This document shows positions 9,652-18,767 of a stretch of DNA of 64,000 nucleotides, one piece after another. A model generated the notes under the pieces. That model made no database searches. It saw only the letters and a list, made by a program, of their open reading frames with translations, and was not told where the DNA came from. The first letter of the stretch is position 1. Every line of letters starts with the position of its first letter. Source of the DNA: Alphaproteobacteria bacterium UBA1002 (lineage in GTDB: Bacteria; Pseudomonadota; Alphaproteobacteria; Rickettsiales; UBA998); contig DBAU01000034.1 in NCBI GenBank assembly GCA_002291845.1, positions 4,934 through 68,933 on the forward strand, given 5' to 3'. A program made the translations under genes and the position numbers.

Positions 9652-10518
9652 ATGTCCCGCTACCCTGCGCTGATCCGCGTCAATGATGATGCGTCGTATG
9701 ATGTTACCTTCCCTGATTTGCCAAGTGTGACCGCCGCTGGACCTTCGCTGGATGACGCATTGGACGCGGCCGCTGGCGCGCTGCAGGCACATCTGGATGC
9801 CAATGACCAAGCGCCGGAGCCTTTTGCCGCCGGAGAGCCGGATGCCACAGGCGCCATGCTTACCCTCATTGAGGGAGCCCATCGTTCCGAAGCGCCGAAG
9901 CTGGCCGAGATCATGCTTATGCTTGATGCCCGTCTGCTAGCGCGCATTGACGAGTTCCGCGCAGCCCAAGGTTTTGCAACCCGTGAAATGTTTTTCACGC
10001 ACATCGCCCAGAATGCGCTGCAGCGCCCCGTCCCTCGGGCAGATAGCGAGCGTCGCGAATTCAAGCCGCGCAGCGATCGTCCGCAGCGCGAAGATTTTGA
10101 AAAGCGTGAGCCCCGTGCCTCCACCCAATTTTTCCGTGATGGCGACAAGAAGCGCGGCGGCAGCTTCAAGCCGCGCCGTGATGATGAAGCACCGCGTAAT
10201 CCACGCCGCAACCGCCCGGAATCTGAGGGCGGTTTCGAGGATCGCCCGAAGCGTGCCTACCGTTCGCGTGACGAAAGTGCATCGGAGCGTCCGCGTCGTG
10301 AGTTCAAGCCGCGTCGTAGCGAGGAGGGGGAGGATCGTCCCCGCCGTTCGTATGCGCCGCGCGGCGATGACTCTGGCGAACGTCCGCGTAAATCCTTTGG
10401 TGAGCGCAAACCATTTGGTGACAAAAAACCTTATGGAAAAGCCAGTGGATTTGGTGGCAAAGGAGGGGGCTCCAAGGGTGGCGGGGGTTTCCGTAAGGGC
10501 CCACGCCGCGGAGAATAA
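9652..10518 (+). CDS. HicB-like antitoxin fold plus RHH-like segment fused to a ~160-aa Arg/Glu/Gly-rich low-complexity tail
   Basis: N-terminus MSRYPALIRVNDDASYDVTFPDLPSVTAAGPSLDDALDAAAGALQAHL matches the HicB pattern. LDARLLARIDEFRAAQGFATREMFFTHIAQNAL looks like a ribbon-helix-helix. The tail contains REFKPR and EDRPxRxY repeats and ends GFGGKGGGSKGGGGFRKGPRRGE. Confidence 0.6.
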   Translation: MSRYPALIRVNDDASYDVTFPDLPSVTAAGPSLDDALDAAAGALQAHLDANDQAPEPFAAGEPDATGAMLTLIEGAHRSEAPKLAEIMLMLDARLLARIDEFRAAQGFATREMFFTHIAQNALQRPVPRADSERREFKPRSDRPQREDFEKREPRASTQFFRDGDKKRGGSFKPRRDDEAPRNPRRNRPESEGGFEDRPKRAYRSRDESASERPRREFKPRRSEEGEDRPRRSYAPRGDDSGERPRKSFGERKPFGDKKPYGKASGFGGKGGGSKGGGGFRKGPRRGE

Positions 10519-10619
10519 ACCGCTTACCCTGCGTCGCATCGCAAGGAAATCGAAAGCCGTTGCATGAAATGCATGAATTGCTAGGTTGCAATTCATGATT
10601 AAACAGCAGGGAAAAAATC

Positions 10620-10886
10620 ATGAAAAAGTCAGTCTTTTGTGCCGCCGTTGTCCTGTTGTTGGTGACAGCCTGTGCATCATCCCAAAAGAGTGATACCCCA
10701 ACGGTGCGCATCATTGCGGGTAACATCGGAGGCGTGGTGATTCAGTATCAGGGCCCACAGATTATGTTACGCGAAGCCGATATTTTGGCGCGCACACACT
10801 GTGAACGTTATGGCCGTCCGGCATTGCTACTCAACGAGCTGCCCGGCACGGAGGGCACCATCGCCTACTACAACTGCCAGAACTAG
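10620..10886 (+). CDS. small lipoprotein (88 aa), function unknown
   Basis: Signal peptide with a lipobox: MKKSVFCAAVVLLLVTAC. Confidence 0.55.
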   Translation: MKKSVFCAAVVLLLVTACASSQKSDTPTVRIIAGNIGGVVIQYQGPQIMLREADILARTHCERYGRPALLLNELPGTEGTIAYYNCQN

Positions 10887-10940
10887 TACGTTTTTTCATA
10901 CTCGGTCTTAACCCTAAGATATTAGGCCGTAGGCGGAAAG

Positions 10941-10963
10941 ATCCTCGCGTCAAGCGCGAGGAT
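10941..10963. terminator. hairpin between convergent genes
   Basis: ATCCTCGCG / TCAAG / CGCGAGGAT gives a 9-bp stem between the stops at 10886 and 10975. Confidence 0.45.
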
Positions 10964-10974
10964 GACTTAATCGA

Positions 10975-11919
10975 TTAAAAACGGTAGGAGATTCCGGCGC
11001 CGCCGATGATCTGGTATTCGCTGCCTTCCTGCGTCACGATGGGGCTGTCCGCCGCGTCGCCAATGAAGCGCGAAACGCCCATGATGGCGATGATGCCCCA
11101 GCGCTCATCGAAAGCATAATTGGCGCGTAGGCTGGCCCCGATATCGTTAAAGCCTGCATCGGCCTCATAGACGGAAAGCCCGCTGCGCGCACTGTTATCG
11201 GCATCGATGCTGAAATAGGTCGCCATGTAATCGCCGCTGGCGTAGCTCGTGCTGAGGCCGCTGCCAAGGCGGAGCTTGCGGCTGATGGGAATGTCATAGC
11301 CAAGCGATAGGCCCCACAGGAACCCTTCATGGCTGCCGGTGACATCCTGCAGGAAGGTGGTGCGCAGCTCCCATCCATCGCCGGGCGTATAGACATTAGG
11401 CAGGCGGTAGCTGGCGAATAGCCCCGCTTCCAGCGCATCATCCACCGGGCGCAGCCGGGCCAGGGTTGCGTTGTCGATATCGTCGTCGCGGCCGAAACGG
11501 AAGCGCACCACCGGGCCGAGATTGACCGTCGGGCTGTCGATCAGGTTGGCGGAGGCCTCCAGCCCGCGCAACGCCGCGTAGTAATTGCCGTAATTGGCCT
11601 GCCCGGCGAGTAGCGGCACCACCTGATGATCCTCTGAGCCATCGAATTCCGGCACGGCAAAGGCCCCGACGGCGGCAAACCCACTCCATTCCTTGGCGGC
11701 ACTACCCTCAGCGCGGATGCATTGGCCGGTCACGCTGATATCCTGGCAGCTCGGGCCACGCGAAGCGGCGGGCTGCCGCTCGCTCCGCTGCGCTTCGGGA
11801 GCCGGGCGCTGGGCGACGTGGTATTCCCGCACGGGCCGGGGCCGGAGGGTGCGTGTTTGTGCCGGGGCTTCCATGGCGCCTAGGCTGATGGCAAGAAAGA
11901 GGAAAAACAGGCGATTCAC
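10975..11919 (-). CDS. outer-membrane beta-barrel protein, MipA/OmpV-like
   Basis: Has a signal peptide (MNRLFFLFLAISLGAMEAPA), alternating beta-strand pattern and a C-terminal ...GGAGISYRF. The DAADSPIV motif is typical of the MipA family. Confidence 0.65.
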   Translation of the reverse strand: MNRLFFLFLAISLGAMEAPAQTRTLRPRPVREYHVAQRPAPEAQRSERQPAASRGPSCQDISVTGQCIRAEGSAAKEWSGFAAVGAFAVPEFDGSEDHQVVPLLAGQANYGNYYAALRGLEASANLIDSPTVNLGPVVRFRFGRDDDIDNATLARLRPVDDALEAGLFASYRLPNVYTPGDGWELRTTFLQDVTGSHEGFLWGLSLGYDIPISRKLRLGSGLSTSYASGDYMATYFSIDADNSARSGLSVYEADAGFNDIGASLRANYAFDERWGIIAIMGVSRFIGDAADSPIVTQEGSEYQIIGGAGISYRF

Positions 11920-12056
11920 GGGGCCTCCATGGCAATGAACCTCGGCAAATATGACAATTCAGCGATGTTTTCAAGCCGGAGGGCCCGCTACGCTTGACGC
12001 GGCGCACAATTCCCTGTAGCAGGAGCGCCTAAAACCTTAAGAAAAGTGCGCCTCTC

Positions 12057-13880
12057 ATGGAACTCCGCAACATCGCGATTATCGCCCACGTCGACCACGG
12101 CAAGACCACCCTGATCGACCAGATCCTGAAACAGACCGGCACCTTCCGCGAGAACCAGCAGGTGGCGGAGCGGGTGATGGATTCCAACGACCTCGAAAAG
12201 GAGCGTGGCATCACCATTCTGGCCAAGTGTACGTCCATTCAATATGGCGACATCAAGATCAACGTGATTGACACGCCCGGCCACGCCGATTTCGGCGGCG
12301 AGGTCGAGCGCGTGCTCAATATGGCGGAAGGCGTGGTACTGCTGGTGGATGCCGCCGAAGGCCCGCTGCCGCAGACCAAGTTCGTGCTCACCAAGGCGCT
12401 GGCGCAAGGGATGCGGCCGATCGTGCTCATCAATAAAATTGACCGCCCGGATGCGCGCCCGGATGAAGTGCTCGACGAAATTTTCGATCTGTTTGTGGCG
12501 CTGGACGCCGCGCCGGAGCAGCTTGATTTCCCCGTGATGTACGCTTCGGGCCGTGACGGCTGGGCCTCGCCGGAGATTGATGGCGAGCGCAAGGACCTCA
12601 CCCCGCTGCTCGACCTCGTGGTGCGCCATGTACCCGCCCCGAAGGTGGACCGCGAGGCGGCGTTCGGCTTCCTGGCGACCATGCTTACCGCAGATCCCTA
12701 CCTTGGCCGCGTGCTGGTGGGCCGCGTGCATTCCGGCACGGCGAAGGTGAATATGCCGGTGAAGGCGATGGGGCTGGATGGCACCATCGTGGAGCAGGGC
12801 CGCCTGACTAAATTATTCGGCTTCTTTGGGGTGGATCGCCGCCCGATTGAGGAGGCCATCGCCGGGGATATCATCGCCATTGCCGGGCTGCAGAAAACCT
12901 CGGTGGCCGATACGGTCGGCGCGGTGGAGCTGGAGCAGCCGATCAAGGCGACGCCGATTGATCCGCCCACCATGGCGATCACCCTCAGCGTAAATTCCTC
13001 GCCGTACGCGGGCACCGAAGGCAGCAAGGTGACCTCCAACATGATCCGCGAGCGGCTGATGGCTGAGGCGGAAACCAACGTGGCTATCCGCGTCACTGAA
13101 ACCGAAGCCAAGGACGCGTTTGAAGTCGGTGGCCGCGGCGAATTGCAGCTCGGCGTACTGATTGAGAACATGCGCCGCGAAGGCTTTGAGCTTTCCGTCT
13201 CCCGTCCGCGCGTGCTGCTCAAGGAAGAAAACGGTGTCAAGCTTGAGCCGTATGAGCAGGTGGTGGTGGATGTGGATGAGGAATTCTCTGGCGTGGTGGT
13301 CGAGAAGCTTTCCATCCGTAAGGCCGAGATGCAGGATATGCGCCCCTCTGGCGGTGGCAAGCTGCGTATTATTTTCCATGCCCCCTCGCGCGGCCTGATT
13401 GGCTACCAGGCGGAGTTCCTCTCCGATACGCGCGGCACCGGCGTCATCAACCGCCTGTTCCACGGATACGGCCCCTACAAAGGCGAAATCGCGGGACGCC
13501 GCAACGGGGCGCTTATCTCCACCGATCAGGGTGAAGCCGTGGCTTACGCTATCTTCAACCTGCAGGACCGCGGCATGATGTTCATCAACCCGCAGGATAA
13601 GGTCTATCAGGGCATGATCGTCGGTGAGCACACGCGCGACAACGACCTGGAGATCAACGTGCTGAAGGGCAAGCAGCTCACCAACATCCGCGCCTCCGGG
13701 GCGGACGAGGCGGTGCGTCTGATCCCGCCGCGTAAGATGACGCTTGAGGAGATGATGTCCTACATCAATGAGGATGAGCTGGTGGAAGTGACGCCGAAAT
13801 CCCTGCGCCTGCGTAAGGTGATGCTTGACCCCAACGATCGCAAGCGCGCTGAGCGCGCCCGCGAGAAGCTCGCTGGCTAG
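12057..13880 (+). CDS. typA: translational GTPase TypA/BipA
   Basis: [15 protein letters not shown] and NKID GTPase motifs; 607 aa, BipA-like throughout. Confidence 0.95.
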   Translation: MELRNIAIIAHVDHGKTTLIDQILKQTGTFRENQQVAERVMDSNDLEKERGITILAKCTSIQYGDIKINVIDTPGHADFGGEVERVLNMAEGVVLLVDAAEGPLPQTKFVLTKALAQGMRPIVLINKIDRPDARPDEVLDEIFDLFVALDAAPEQLDFPVMYASGRDGWASPEIDGERKDLTPLLDLVVRHVPAPKVDREAAFGFLATMLTADPYLGRVLVGRVHSGTAKVNMPVKAMGLDGTIVEQGRLTKLFGFFGVDRRPIEEAIAGDIIAIAGLQKTSVADTVGAVELEQPIKATPIDPPTMAITLSVNSSPYAGTEGSKVTSNMIRERLMAEAETNVAIRVTETEAKDAFEVGGRGELQLGVLIENMRREGFELSVSRPRVLLKEENGVKLEPYEQVVVDVDEEFSGVVVEKLSIRKAEMQDMRPSGGGKLRIIFHAPSRGLIGYQAEFLSDTRGTGVINRLFHGYGPYKGEIAGRRNGALISTDQGEAVAYAIFNLQDRGMMFINPQDKVYQGMIVGEHTRDNDLEINVLKGKQLTNIRASGADEAVRLIPPRKMTLEEMMSYINEDELVEVTPKSLRLRKVMLDPNDRKRAERAREKLAG

Positions 13881-13895
13881 TCTGCTAAAAGAGAC

Positions 13896-13932
13896 AAAAA
13901 AAGGGCCTGTATTTCTACAGGCCCTTTTTTTT
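13896..13932. terminator. bidirectional rho-independent terminator (typA / cspA)
   Basis: AAAAAAA-GGGCCTGTA-TTTC-TACAGGCCC-TTTTTTTT. Confidence 0.7.
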
Positions 13933-13949
13933 AAACATCATATAGCAGC

Positions 13950-14153
13950 TTAGAGCGGCTTCAGGTTGGATGCGAAAGTACGATCGCGGCTGCTCGCCAG
14001 GTCGTAGCTGATCTTCTGGCCTTCGTTCAGACCGTTCAGGCCGGCTTGCTGCACGGCGGTGATGTGGACAAACACGTCCTTGCCACCTTCGTCAGGCTGG
14101 ATAAAGCCGAAGCCTTTTTGCGTATTGAACCATTTTACGGTACCGGTTGCCAT
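13950..14153 (-). CDS. cspA: cold-shock protein (CspA family)
   Basis: MATGTVKWFNTQKGFGFIQPDEGGKDVFVH contains the RNP1 and RNP2 motifs. A long upstream untranslated region is typical of csp genes. Confidence 0.95.
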   Translation of the reverse strand: MATGTVKWFNTQKGFGFIQPDEGGKDVFVHITAVQQAGLNGLNEGQKISYDLASSRDRTFASNLKPL

Positions 14154-14481
14154 GGCGTGTCTCCTTATCGTGTGGCGTTGACCAGTGTCCCCCCGGGGTC
14201 ATGGCCAAAAAGTACAGCCAGCGGCCTCGGTGGGCATGCCTTCCGCCGAAACGGAAGGCAGTTAATGCGGGAACCCAGGTCGTGCCTTACTTTAGGGAAG
14301 CCAGTAGACGGAAACTACGTCGGTAACCAAGAATAAGAATCACTTATTGTATCATGCAGCGGCAGGCCGCTGCATGGCTGTAAATTCGTCAGGCCCACAA
14401 TTAACTCTTTAGAGTTTATCGCTCACACCAGGGAAAATCAAGCTCTGCTGGCTTGACGGCGCGGCTGCGCTATAATCAGAG

Positions 14482-17400
14482 GTGATGAACACCTCCCTCA
14501 GTGCCTTGGCGTTTCAACCCGAAGAAGCGGCGGTCGCCGCGCTGCTGGCGGCGGCAGAGCCGTTTCAGGCACTGCGTGACCCGGTGCGGCAGCGGGCAGG
14601 GGCCATGGTCGCCCGCCTGCGCCAGGACGGGCTGGGATTCTCCGTCGAAGCGTTTTTGCAGGAATATGGGCTCTCCACCAAGGAAGGCGTGGCGGTCATG
14701 TGCCTGGCTGAGGCGCTGCTACGTATTCCCGACAGCGCGACGGCGGACCGGCTGATTGAATCCACCTTCAGCGGCGGGGCGTGGGAAGCGCATCTTGGCA
14801 AGAGCGATTCCCTTTTCGTCAATGCCTCGAGCTGGGGGTTGGTGCTGACCGGCAAAACGCTTGATCTGGCCGCGGAAACGCAAGGCGGAGTGGCCGGCTT
14901 GATTGGCAGGCTCGCGAAAAAAATCGGGGAGCCGGTGATTCGTGAAGCGCTGAAAGCCGCCATGAAGATGATGGCCGGACAATTTGTGCTCGGTGAAACC
15001 ATTGGTGAAGGGCTCGCCCATGCCAAGCCATACGCCAAGAAAGGCTACCGCTTCTCCTATGATATGCTGGGTGAAGGCGCGCGTAGCGAAGCGCAGGCGG
15101 AGGCATATCTGGCGTCCTACCATGCCGCGATTGAGGCAGTGGGTGCGCTGCGGGAGCCCGCGCTCACCCTCTATGAAGCGCCGAGCATTTCCATTAAGCT
15201 CACCGCCCTGCATCCGCATTACGAATGGCGGCACCGGGAAGCGGTATTTGCCGAGCTGCTGCCCCGGCTGGTCGGCCTTGCCAAAGCGGCCGCCGCGCGA
15301 GGGCTGTGCATCGCCATCGATGCGGAGGAGCAGACCCGCTTTGATCTGGCCTTGGCAGTGTATGAGCAATTGCTGCGCCATCCCGAGCTGCGCGGCTATC
15401 ACGGCATTGGCTATGTACTGCAGGCCTATGGCAAGCGGGCGTACGCTGCGATTCCTCTACTCGCCGCGATGGCGCGCGAGACGGGCAAGCGCATTCCGGT
15501 GCGGTTGGTGAAGGGCGCTTACTGGGACAGCGAGATCAAGATGGCCCAGCTGCAAGGCTGGCCGGATTATCCGGTATTTACCCGCAAGGCGCATTCCGAC
15601 CTTTCCTACCTCGCCTGCGCGCGGGCCTTGCTGGAATCGCCGGATTGCTTTTTCCCGCAATTCGCCACCCATAATGCAATGACGATCGCCGCGATTGAGG
15701 CCTTCGCAGGCGGGCGTGAATATGAATTTCAGCGCCTGCATGGCATGGGGGAGGCGCTTTACGCCGATGTGATTTCGCACACGCCTTGCCGCATTTACGC
15801 CCCCATTGGAGAGCATAAAGACCTACTCGCGTATCTGATTCGCCGCCTGCTTGAGAACGGTGCGAATAGCAGCTTTGTGAATATGATGCTCGATCTGGAG
15901 CGTCCGCTGGAGGCGGTGCTGGAAGACCCCATCGAGGCCAGCCGTCACGCGCCGGAAGCAGGGCTTTCCCCGCCCGCGGCATTGTATGGGGCCGAGCGCC
16001 GTAACAGCGCCGGGCTGGATTTCGGCAATGCCTACCAGATGCAGGATTTGCATGCTCGCCTACAGGCTGCCCGCGCACAGTACCCGCCGGCGCCGAAGGA
16101 TTTCTCCCAAGCCGAAACAGACGCCGCCATCACACGCGCGCAGGCTGCTTTTGCGGCGTGGGAGGCTACACCGCTGGCGGTACGGGCGGAGATGCTTGAT
16201 CGGGCGGCCGATGCGCTGGAAGCCCGCCGGGAGGAGGCCATGGCGCTCATCATCAGCGAGGGGCGGCGCACCTGGGCGGATGCGCTCTCCGAGGTGCGTG
16301 AGGCGGTGGATTTTTGCCGCTATTACGCTGCCCAGGCGCGCATGTTGTTTGGCCAGCCGCAGCGGTTGGTGGGGCCAACGGGCGAGCAGAACACACTGCG
16401 CTTTGCCGGGCGGGGCGTCTTTGGTTGCATCAGCCCATGGAATTTTCCGCTGGCGATTTTCACCGGGCAGGTGGTCGCGGCGCTGGTGTCGGGCAACACG
16501 GTGATTGCCAAGCCCGCCGAGCAGACGCCACGCACCGCCGCGTTCATGGTAGCGTTGCTGCATGCGGCAGGCGTCCCGGCGGATGCGCTGATCCTCGCTC
16601 CCGGCACGGGGGAGGTGGTGGGGGCGGCGCTGGCACGTGATGAGCGGATGGCGGGCATTGCCTTTACCGGCGGCACGGCCACCGCAAAGCATATCCAGCG
16701 CGCGCTGGCACAGCGCGAGGGGCCGATTGTGCCACTGATCGCGGAGACCGGCGGGCAGAATGCGATGATTGTTGATTCCTCCGCGCTGATTGAGCAGGCG
16801 GTGGATGACATTGTGACGTCCGCGTTTGGCAGCGCGGGCCAGCGCTGCTCTGCGTTGCGCGTGCTATGTGTGCATCAGGATATTGCTGATTCGCTGCTCA
16901 GCGTGCTAGCGGGGGCGATGCAGGTGCTTACGGTGGGCGATCCGTGGCACGCGTCGACGGATCTCGGCCCGGTTATTGATGCCGATGCCAAAGCGGCACT
17001 GGAGCGGCATGTGGCGTATCTGGAGGGACGTGCGAAGCGGATTGCCGTAGCCCCCCTCCCAATCTCCCCCCGCAAGCAGGGGGAGGAGATGAAAAGCCCT
17101 CCCCTGTTTACGGGGGAGGGTTTGGGTGAGGGGCAGCCTCCTAAATCGGGTGAAGGTGTGCCACCCTATTTCCCACCCCAGGCGTGGGAAATCCCCTCGC
17201 TGGATATGCTCAAGGATGAAGTCTTCGGACCCATCCTGCATGTCTATCGTTATAATCCGGCGCAGTTCGACGCGATGCTCGCGCAGATTCAGGCCACCGG
17301 CTATGGCCTGACCTTTGGCATCCATAGCCGCATTCCCACGGTGTATGAAGATGTGGCGGCGCGCATGCGGGTTGGCAATTGTTACATCAACCGCAGCATG

Positions 17401-17562
17401 ATCGGTGCCACGGTCGGCGTGCAGCCTTTCGGTGGCGAGGGCTTATCGGGCACCGGGCCCAAAGCCGGCGGCCCTTACTATTTGCTGCGCTTTGCCACGG
17501 AGCGCACGCTGAGCATCAACACCGCCGCGATTGGCGGGAATATTGAGCTGCTGGTGAAGTGA
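14482..17562 (+). CDS. putA: bifunctional proline dehydrogenase / L-glutamate-gamma-semialdehyde dehydrogenase PutA (no N-terminal RHH domain)
   Basis: 1026 aa with a PRODH barrel and an ALDH domain (EVFGPILHV, GVQPFGGEGLSGTGPKAGGP). It contains an extra ~31-aa segment; see the repeat feature at 17053-17154. Confidence 0.95.
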   Translation: MMNTSLSALAFQPEEAAVAALLAAAEPFQALRDPVRQRAGAMVARLRQDGLGFSVEAFLQEYGLSTKEGVAVMCLAEALLRIPDSATADRLIESTFSGGAWEAHLGKSDSLFVNASSWGLVLTGKTLDLAAETQGGVAGLIGRLAKKIGEPVIREALKAAMKMMAGQFVLGETIGEGLAHAKPYAKKGYRFSYDMLGEGARSEAQAEAYLASYHAAIEAVGALREPALTLYEAPSISIKLTALHPHYEWRHREAVFAELLPRLVGLAKAAAARGLCIAIDAEEQTRFDLALAVYEQLLRHPELRGYHGIGYVLQAYGKRAYAAIPLLAAMARETGKRIPVRLVKGAYWDSEIKMAQLQGWPDYPVFTRKAHSDLSYLACARALLESPDCFFPQFATHNAMTIAAIEAFAGGREYEFQRLHGMGEALYADVISHTPCRIYAPIGEHKDLLAYLIRRLLENGANSSFVNMMLDLERPLEAVLEDPIEASRHAPEAGLSPPAALYGAERRNSAGLDFGNAYQMQDLHARLQAARAQYPPAPKDFSQAETDAAITRAQAAFAAWEATPLAVRAEMLDRAADALEARREEAMALIISEGRRTWADALSEVREAVDFCRYYAAQARMLFGQPQRLVGPTGEQNTLRFAGRGVFGCISPWNFPLAIFTGQVVAALVSGNTVIAKPAEQTPRTAAFMVALLHAAGVPADALILAPGTGEVVGAALARDERMAGIAFTGGTATAKHIQRALAQREGPIVPLIAETGGQNAMIVDSSALIEQAVDDIVTSAFGSAGQRCSALRVLCVHQDIADSLLSVLAGAMQVLTVGDPWHASTDLGPVIDADAKAALERHVAYLEGRAKRIAVAPLPISPRKQGEEMKSPPLFTGEGLGEGQPPKSGEGVPPYFPPQAWEIPSLDMLKDEVFGPILHVYRYNPAQFDAMLAQIQATGYGLTFGIHSRIPTVYEDVAARMRVGNCYINRSMIGATVGVQPFGGEGLSGTGPKAGGPYYLLRFATERTLSINTAAIGGNIELLVK
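17053..17154 (+). repeat. GC-rich palindromic (REP-like) element inserted in frame in putA
   Basis: CCCTCCCC (17097-17104) pairs with GGGGAGGG (17113-17120). There is an imperfect ATCTCCCCCC / GGGGGAGGAGAT pair at 17062-17090, followed by GGGTGAGGGG. The translation is ISPRKQGEEMKSPPLFTGEGLGEGQPPKSGE. Confidence 0.5.
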
Positions 17563-17575
17563 TCCTTCGTCTTGG

Positions 17576-17643
17576 CGAGGAGTGAAACGACGAAGCCATC
17601 CCGATCTGCTTGCTGGATTGCTTCGCTACGTTCGCAATGACGG
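17576..17643. repeat. short palindromic intergenic repeat, copy A
   Basis: Contains GATTGCTTCGCT (17616-17627) and TCGCAATGACGG (17632-17643). Both 12-mers recur in copy B, the first as its exact reverse complement and the second in the same orientation. Confidence 0.5.
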
Positions 17644-17711
17644 TATCCTGACTTTGTGCGACGAGGACAGGATGTTCGCCTGGCTGTCCGCCGTCGCAGG
17701 GGTAAATAAAA

Positions 17712-18767
17712 CTAAACCGGCTGCTGCTGCGTGAGGCAGTGGATCGTGCCGAGTCCCCACACCAGATCCACCGCATGGATGCCGACGACCTCGCGGCCGG
17801 GGAAGCAATCTGCCAGAATCGTCAACGCCACGCGGTCGGCGGGGTCGTTGAAGGTGGGCACCAGCACATACTGGTTGGTGATGAGGAAGTTGGCATAGCT
17901 GGCGGGTAGGCGCTGGCCTTCGAAGTACAGTGGGCGCGGCATGGGCAACTCGATCACGGTGAGCGGCTTGCCGTCCTGATCGGTGGCGGCTTTCAGGCGC
18001 TTCAGGTTCTCCTGCAGCAGCGCGTAATTGGCGTCGCTCGCGTCCTTCTCCACCACGGTGACGACGGTGGTGGGGTTCACAAAGCGGGTGAGGTCATCGA
18101 TATGGCCGTGGGTATCATCGCCGACGATGCCGTGGCCGAGCCAGATCACATGTTTCGCGCCGAGCCAGTGGGCAAAGCACTGCTCATAATCCTCGCGGGT
18201 AAAGCCGGGGTTGCGGATTTGCACATCCGGCGAGAGCAGGCATTCCTCAGTGGTGATCAGCGTGCCTGCGCCGTTGACTTCAATCGCGCCACCTTCGAGC
18301 ACCATGCGCTTGCTTTTCTGGCTCAGCGGCCAGTGCGGCTGCACACGCTCGACGTTCAGGACGTTGCACACGCCTTCCGGCACGGCGTTATCTTTCTGCC
18401 AGTTGCTGTACTTCGCCCAGGCGTTGAAGCGCCAGTCGAGTGCTATCATTTTCTGATCCTCGACACGGCGCACGAAGATCGGGCCGCAATCGCGCAGCCA
18501 GCCGCGGTTGGTGGGTAGCGTCACAATATCCACCCGCGCGAGATCAATGCCGACATCTTCCAGCGCATCGATGCATTCGCGCTTCTTCACCTCGTCCTTC
18601 ACCAGCACGGAGGCGCGCTGCGAATAGCTGATATAGCGGATCATTTCCGCGAAGGCCCACGGCACCGGCCCGAACTTACCCGGCCAGTCGGCGCGGTTAT
18701 GCGGCCAGCCGAGCCAGATGGCGGCCTGCTTCTCCCACTCGGCGGGCATGAGGTAAGGAGCGGTCAT
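17712..18767 (-). CDS. aguA: agmatine deiminase
   Basis: MPAEWEKQAAIWLGWPH at the N-terminus and a C-terminal GTIHCLTQQ active-site Cys region. ATGA overlap with aguB. Confidence 0.9.
   Translation of the reverse strand: MTAPYLMPAEWEKQAAIWLGWPHNRADWPGKFGPVPWAFAEMIRYISYSQRASVLVKDEVKKRECIDALEDVGIDLARVDIVTLPTNRGWLRDCGPIFVRRVEDQKMIALDWRFNAWAKYSNWQKDNAVPEGVCNVLNVERVQPHWPLSQKSKRMVLEGGAIEVNGAGTLITTEECLLSPDVQIRNPGFTREDYEQCFAHWLGAKHVIWLGHGIVGDDTHGHIDDLTRFVNPTTVVTVVEKDASDANYALLQENLKRLKAATDQDGKPLTVIELPMPRPLYFEGQRLPASYANFLITNQYVLVPTFNDPADRVALTILADCFPGREVVGIHAVDLVWGLGTIHCLTQQQPV

Noticed and set aside
9397-9882. 162-codon N-terminal extension of the A2M ORF (track ORF 3397..9882)
   Set aside because: It overlaps the divergent HicB-like gene, has no signal peptide or A2M-like sequence, and a good signal peptide begins at the internal ATG at 9396.
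9660-10596. Alternative-frame and antisense ORFs (183, 206 and 219 aa) over the HicB-like gene
   Set aside because: They are a by-product of the low-complexity GC-rich repeat DNA. Only the 9652 frame has a recognisable folded N-terminal domain and an SD.
9397-10619. A hicA toxin partner flanking the HicB-like gene
   Set aside because: Manual reading of the 255-nt upstream and 100-nt downstream spacers gave only ORFs of 22 codons or fewer, with no HicA-like sequence.
12698-13631. 220-aa and 272-aa minus-strand ORFs
   Set aside because: They are antisense to typA and are shadow ORFs.
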